This document shows, piece after piece, positions 60,018 through 64,000 of a DNA stretch of 64,000 bases. Position 1 is the stretch's first letter; each line of letters starts with the position of its first letter. The notes beneath the pieces were generated by a model that saw only the letters and a list, made by a program, of their open reading frames with translations, was not told the origin of the DNA and did not search any database. A program made the translations under genes and the position numbers. The stretch lies in IMG/VR virus record IMGVR_UViG_3300026484_000390, positions 4,491 to 68,490 of that record; one strand, written 5' to 3'. This stretch comes from a virus.

Positions 60018-61496
60018 ATGGTATTCAGATATATAGTGGCAGGATTTGCCTCAGGTGCTCAATTTACTTTAGCGAATAAAATGTACCCTGAATTTACAAA
60101 AGCGATAATGAATAAGATACACCCAAACTCTTTAAATCTAAGTCTGGGAGTATTGAGTAATGCTTATACAGAGAAAAGAGAGCTTAAAGCTTTATTTGAG
60201 CAGTTACCTGATATACCAAAATATAGTGACTCAGGTGCTCTTCAAGTCCTCACAAGGGGTCTTGAATTTGATGAAAAAATGAGGAAAGAAGTTTATACAA
60301 GACAAATAGAAGAATCAGATTATTGTATGAGTTTTGATGAAATGGCTACAGAAATTTTAGACGAAACAACTGACTTTGGAGTAGCAACTTCTCTAAGCAC
60401 ACGAGGTAGATTTTTTGTAGATAATAAATTTCAAGAAGCGGGTAAAATATCTGCTATGAATATTTTTAAACAGATACAAGTTTTTAAAGAAAACAGTACA
60501 ACACCCAAAGACAAAATTCTTATTATACTGCACGGTAGAAGTTTTGAAACCTACAGAGAATACGCTTGGTTTCTATTTAAGGAACTAAAAATTCTATGCC
60601 CTAATTATTTAGATTACTGTAAAGGACTAGCAATAGGTTCATCTGCAGGTGCGGGATTAGGAAACTACTTTGACTTTATGATGAGATTTCAGCATGAGAT
60701 GGAATTTGTTCCTCTAAAACTTAGGCAGTATTTGCATATTTTGGGGGCTGGTGGTGTTACAAAAATAGCTCCTTTGTTTATGATTCCCAAATCTTATTGG
60801 CTCAAAGATACAATTATTAGCTCAGACAGTACTAGACAAAGCAAAGCTATTAAATTTGGTAATTTTGTGGGATATGATAAAAATAGTTTTAAACGAGAAG
60901 AAATAATGACCAACGGAATATACGACGGCCCTAGGACTCAAAGTATTCTTACTAAGATTTATGACGAATTTAAAACAGAACTTAAAATTATAAATTGCAA
61001 TAGTTATACAGATTTTCAAGAAAACTTTACGCAATACAACTCAGAAAGGAAACGGGTTAAATCTGATTTTGAAACAGATGACTCTTATCATAATGCAGTA
61101 AATATATTCTCTTTTTTATGGGCTAGTAAAATGATTATTGACCTATTTAGTCACTTAGAAGCCAGTTCATCTGTAAATACTAATGAATTACAAACTCTTA
61201 CAAAGTGGCCAAGCAATCTCATAAATCTTATAAAAAATTGTAATAAGCATTCTGATTATATTACAGAAACAATCTCGGGGCATCCCTACAAAGGAACCCA
61301 AGCAACAGATAAAATATCAGATGGCGAACTCAGTAGAGAAATCTTTAGTTATCAGAACGGCCATAGGACCGTTGCAGTAGATGGTTCTGTAAGAAGCATT
61401 CTTTTATCTTCTTTAACAGGCCTTAAACAAAAAACTATCAAAAGAAATACAGATTCTACCAGTTTATTAGAGGAATTCAACGACGAAGAGTGGTAA
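60018..61496 (+). CDS. TGT-fold base-exchange enzyme, DpdA-like (paralogue 2)
   Basis: SDSGALQ, MSFDEMA, ILHG, GLAIG, LHILGAG, SDSTR. Confidence 0.72.
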   Translation: MVFRYIVAGFASGAQFTLANKMYPEFTKAIMNKIHPNSLNLSLGVLSNAYTEKRELKALFEQLPDIPKYSDSGALQVLTRGLEFDEKMRKEVYTRQIEESDYCMSFDEMATEILDETTDFGVATSLSTRGRFFVDNKFQEAGKISAMNIFKQIQVFKENSTTPKDKILIILHGRSFETYREYAWFLFKELKILCPNYLDYCKGLAIGSSAGAGLGNYFDFMMRFQHEMEFVPLKLRQYLHILGAGGVTKIAPLFMIPKSYWLKDTIISSDSTRQSKAIKFGNFVGYDKNSFKREEIMTNGIYDGPRTQSILTKIYDEFKTELKIINCNSYTDFQENFTQYNSERKRVKSDFETDDSYHNAVNIFSFLWASKMIIDLFSHLEASSSVNTNELQTLTKWPSNLINLIKNCNKHSDYITETISGHPYKGTQATDKISDGELSREIFSYQNGHRTVAVDGSVRSILLSSLTGLKQKTIKRNTDSTSLLEEFNDEEW

Positions 61497-61743
61497 GTTA
61501 AGGTTTCTTATGTAATTATATTCTATTTTAACTTTAGAACTTACTTTCGTCTCTATAGTTTGATAAAAAGTTTTAACTAAAACAAACGGAGTAAGTTAAA
61601 CGACATTATAGACCTTAAAGCATTAGATAAGTTTTAAGGGCATATATATTTGACTAGTAATTCACTTTTAAAAGAGCGATCTTTTCTAGAAAAATATTAA
61701 GTAGTTTTCTACTATAATATATAAACAAAACAAAGGAGACTTT

Positions 61744-62109
61744 ATGTCAAAAACAATTAAGAAAGAGGTTTTTTGCTCCCTAAGCATAGACGGAATACAC
61801 AGATGGGCTAATTGCCCCATTGAAGAGGTCTCTTATTTAAGAGATGATCATAGGCATATGTTTGGAATTAAATGCTATTCAGAAGTAACTCATAATGATA
61901 GAGATATAGAATTTATAGAGCTAAAACACAAAATTTTAGACTATATGAAAGAAAAATATTACGATGATGCTTTGAGAAGTCATTACTTTGGTAGTTCAAG
62001 CTGTGAAATGATTGCTGAAGAACTTATCAACAAATTTAATTTAACAGCTTGTGAAGTAAATGAAGACGGCGAAAATGGTTCTATTTTAAAGGTAGTACAG
62101 AATGACTAA
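61744..62109 (+). CDS. QueD/PTPS-like T-fold protein
   Basis: GIHRW, HRH.F, DRDIEF, SCE.IA, EDGENG; near queE. Confidence 0.75.
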   Translation: MSKTIKKEVFCSLSIDGIHRWANCPIEEVSYLRDDHRHMFGIKCYSEVTHNDRDIEFIELKHKILDYMKEKYYDDALRSHYFGSSSCEMIAEELINKFNLTACEVNEDGENGSILKVVQND

Positions 62110-63112
62110 AACAATTTGGGTAGTAGATATTGAGTTACTTACCAATAGATATACTGGACAATGGAGAGAAAATGTACCTGAAATTTTCTCTAAAGAAACT
62201 GGACTAGTTATTAAAACAATTTCAGGAACTGATTATGAAGGAACCACTTCAGGTGGATTTTTTGATTTCACTAAAACAATGAAATACAAAGCAGAACAAC
62301 AAATTAAAATATCAGAGATGTTATCTGATGGTACAATCAAAGATGGAGATTATATATTTTATACCGATGCTTTTACTCCAACAGTAATGGCCACTCAATA
62401 TATGATTAATATGACTGATAGACGAGTGAAGCAATATGGATATATTCACACCAATTCTTATGATTCATCAGATATTTTGGGTATTAAAGGAAATAATCAT
62501 TGGGCAAAACATTTTGAGACAAGTATGTTTGAATGTTTGGAAGAAATTTATGTCGCAACTAATTATCACTTAGACCATCTATTAGTTAATTTCCCCCAAT
62601 ACAAAAATAAATTTAAAGTATCAGGATGTCCTACTAATTTAACAGAATTAGAACAATATGTTTCTACAAATAAAGAAAAAATTATAGTTTTTCCTCATAG
62701 AATTAATGAAGATAAACAACCACATTTATTTGAAGCGATGAAAGAACACTTTCCAGACTATGATTTTATTTATACTCAAGGTGAAAAAAGAACAAAGGAA
62801 GAATATTATACTTTATTAGGAAAGGCAGAAATTGTAATGAGTTTTGCTTTACACGAGAATTATGGAATCGCGACATTAGAGAGCTTACATCTAGGTGCTA
62901 AGGTAATTATGCCTAAAGACAAAAGTTATACAGAAATGTACTCGGGAGGCCTTTTATATGATAGAGAACTAGAGAAAGATATACCTGCACTTGCACTCAG
63001 AATAAAAGAAATTTTGGATGACGATAAATTGCAGGATTATTTAGATTACAGCAAAAAAAATATAGCTGAAAACTATTGTTCCTTTAAAAAAGCTTGTTCT
63101 TTATTAAATTAG
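62102..63112 (+). CDS. GT-B (GT4-like) glycosyltransferase
   Basis: IVFPHR...KQP, ENYGIATLES (Ex7E); overlaps the QueD-like gene. Confidence 0.85.
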   Translation: MTKTIWVVDIELLTNRYTGQWRENVPEIFSKETGLVIKTISGTDYEGTTSGGFFDFTKTMKYKAEQQIKISEMLSDGTIKDGDYIFYTDAFTPTVMATQYMINMTDRRVKQYGYIHTNSYDSSDILGIKGNNHWAKHFETSMFECLEEIYVATNYHLDHLLVNFPQYKNKFKVSGCPTNLTELEQYVSTNKEKIIVFPHRINEDKQPHLFEAMKEHFPDYDFIYTQGEKRTKEEYYTLLGKAEIVMSFALHENYGIATLESLHLGAKVIMPKDKSYTEMYSGGLLYDRELEKDIPALALRIKEILDDDKLQDYLDYSKKNIAENYCSFKKACSLLN

Positions 63113-63113
63113 A

Positions 63114-64000
63114 ATGAAAAACTCTACATCAGAAAAAATAGAACAAGCTCTAAAAAATAGAAATATAAGTCACATAGTGCTCTCCAAGGAAACTGTGAGT
63201 ACCATGCTTAAAGAAGCCTGTTTTATATGTTCTAGGCATGGTTATTTCAAAGCTAAACCTAAATCTGTAATAAATGCCAAATGGTCAGGTTGCAAGAAAT
63301 GTGACAGTATATATCTAAAAGAATATGTATCTGTAATAAATAAAAAAGCCTTTATACAGTCTATAAATGACAGGTACCCAAATATGTTTAATACAGGCTG
63401 GGACAATGTACTCTATACATCAGGAGATAGCCTTGTGGAGATGCAGTGCTATAAGCACGGTTTAATTATATTGAAAAAAAGTAATTTTTTGGGCGGAGGG
63501 TGCAAACAATGTAACAGAGAAGCTTTTTTTCGTAATAAACTAGAGAAGTATATTAAAAATTTAGGAAAAGAAGGTTTTTCTTTTGAAAACAGCGTATGGT
63601 CAGGATGGCATAAAGATTTTAAGGTTTCTTGTGCAAAGCATGGAGAAATAGTCACCACTCCCGCTAGCTTAAAAGACTATGGATGCAAACAATGCAACGA
63701 TTCCAAAAGAGTATTCAGTGGGGTACGACCACCTGAATACTATAAAGATAGGCCTGTTATTTTGTATCTAATAGAAATAAAATTTTGTAATAAAAGTTAT
63801 TACAAAGTAGGATTAAGCGTCTCTACAACTAAGGCTAGATATTTACGAGAGGGAGCACAATTTGAATATAACATAATTAAAGAATGGCTTTACAAAGATG
63901 GTGAACGGGCTGCCCGTTTAGAGTATGAGGTGTTGCAAGATAGCATAGAATATCAAGTACACAATCATAAAATATCAGGTATTATACCTTCTGGTGGAGG
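63114..64000 (+). CDS. Homing endonuclease with three CxxHG..GCxxC zinc repeats and a GIY-YIG-like domain; runs off the window
   Basis: Manual translation: CSRHG..GCKKC, CYKHG..GCKQC, CAKHG..GCKQC, then ILYLIEI..YYKVGLS..KARY. Confidence 0.8.
   Translation, partial: MKNSTSEKIEQALKNRNISHIVLSKETVSTMLKEACFICSRHGYFKAKPKSVINAKWSGCKKCDSIYLKEYVSVINKKAFIQSINDRYPNMFNTGWDNVLYTSGDSLVEMQCYKHGLIILKKSNFLGGGCKQCNREAFFRNKLEKYIKNLGKEGFSFENSVWSGWHKDFKVSCAKHGEIVTTPASLKDYGCKQCNDSKRVFSGVRPPEYYKDRPVILYLIEIKFCNKSYYKVGLSVSTTKARYLREGAQFEYNIIKEWLYKDGERAARLEYEVLQDSIEYQVHNHKISGIIPSGG

Noticed and set aside
61500-61743. preQ1 riboswitch upstream of the queD-like gene
   Set aside because: No recognisable consensus, and the apparent promoter lies downstream of the hairpins
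2130-63658. Many short minus-strand ORFs opposite long genes (e.g. 2130, 6210, 8577, 10679, 28489, 42085, 46274, 49952, 53475, 55567, 63449) and 14116-14448 on the plus strand
   Set aside because: Antisense shadows of real genes, with no RBS, promoter or motifs
1-64000. Alternative genetic code (stop-codon reassignment)
   Set aside because: Conserved genes are full length in code 11 and end at TAA, TAG and TGA; the breaks seen are explained by an intein or by decay
1-64000. CRISPR array, tRNA or rRNA genes
   Set aside because: No regularly spaced repeats or cloverleaf/T-loop signatures noticed by eye; tRNAscan was not run

Overview
AT-rich 64-kb segment of a large lytic T4-like (myovirus-type) phage genome. 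The host is probably a Campylobacterota (epsilonproteobacterial) bacterium, inferred from TTAAG..TGnTATAAT early promoters, AAGGA RBSs and Campylobacter-like heptose genes. Replication genes include the gp41 helicase C-terminus, a DNA polymerase B fractured by a split intein plus a free-standing endonuclease, gp32 SSB, RNase H and gp61 primase. There is a block of late genes whose products carry T4-type capsid-targeting N-termini, a minus-strand late cluster with a two-component system and an outer-membrane beta-barrel, a ClpX, and about 20 kb of small early genes including Rnl1, HD-Pnk, ITPase and phosphatases. Head genes, several homing endonucleases and IS607/TnpB remnants are also present. 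The most striking feature is at 48.7-63.1 kb: a DNA-modification island in which two TGT/DpdA-like paralogues, QueE, a QueD-like protein and a glycosyltransferase enclose a complete GDP-6-deoxy-heptose pathway, suggesting an undescribed heptosylated 7-deazaguanine DNA modification. All family calls come from motif recognition by eye; no searches were run.
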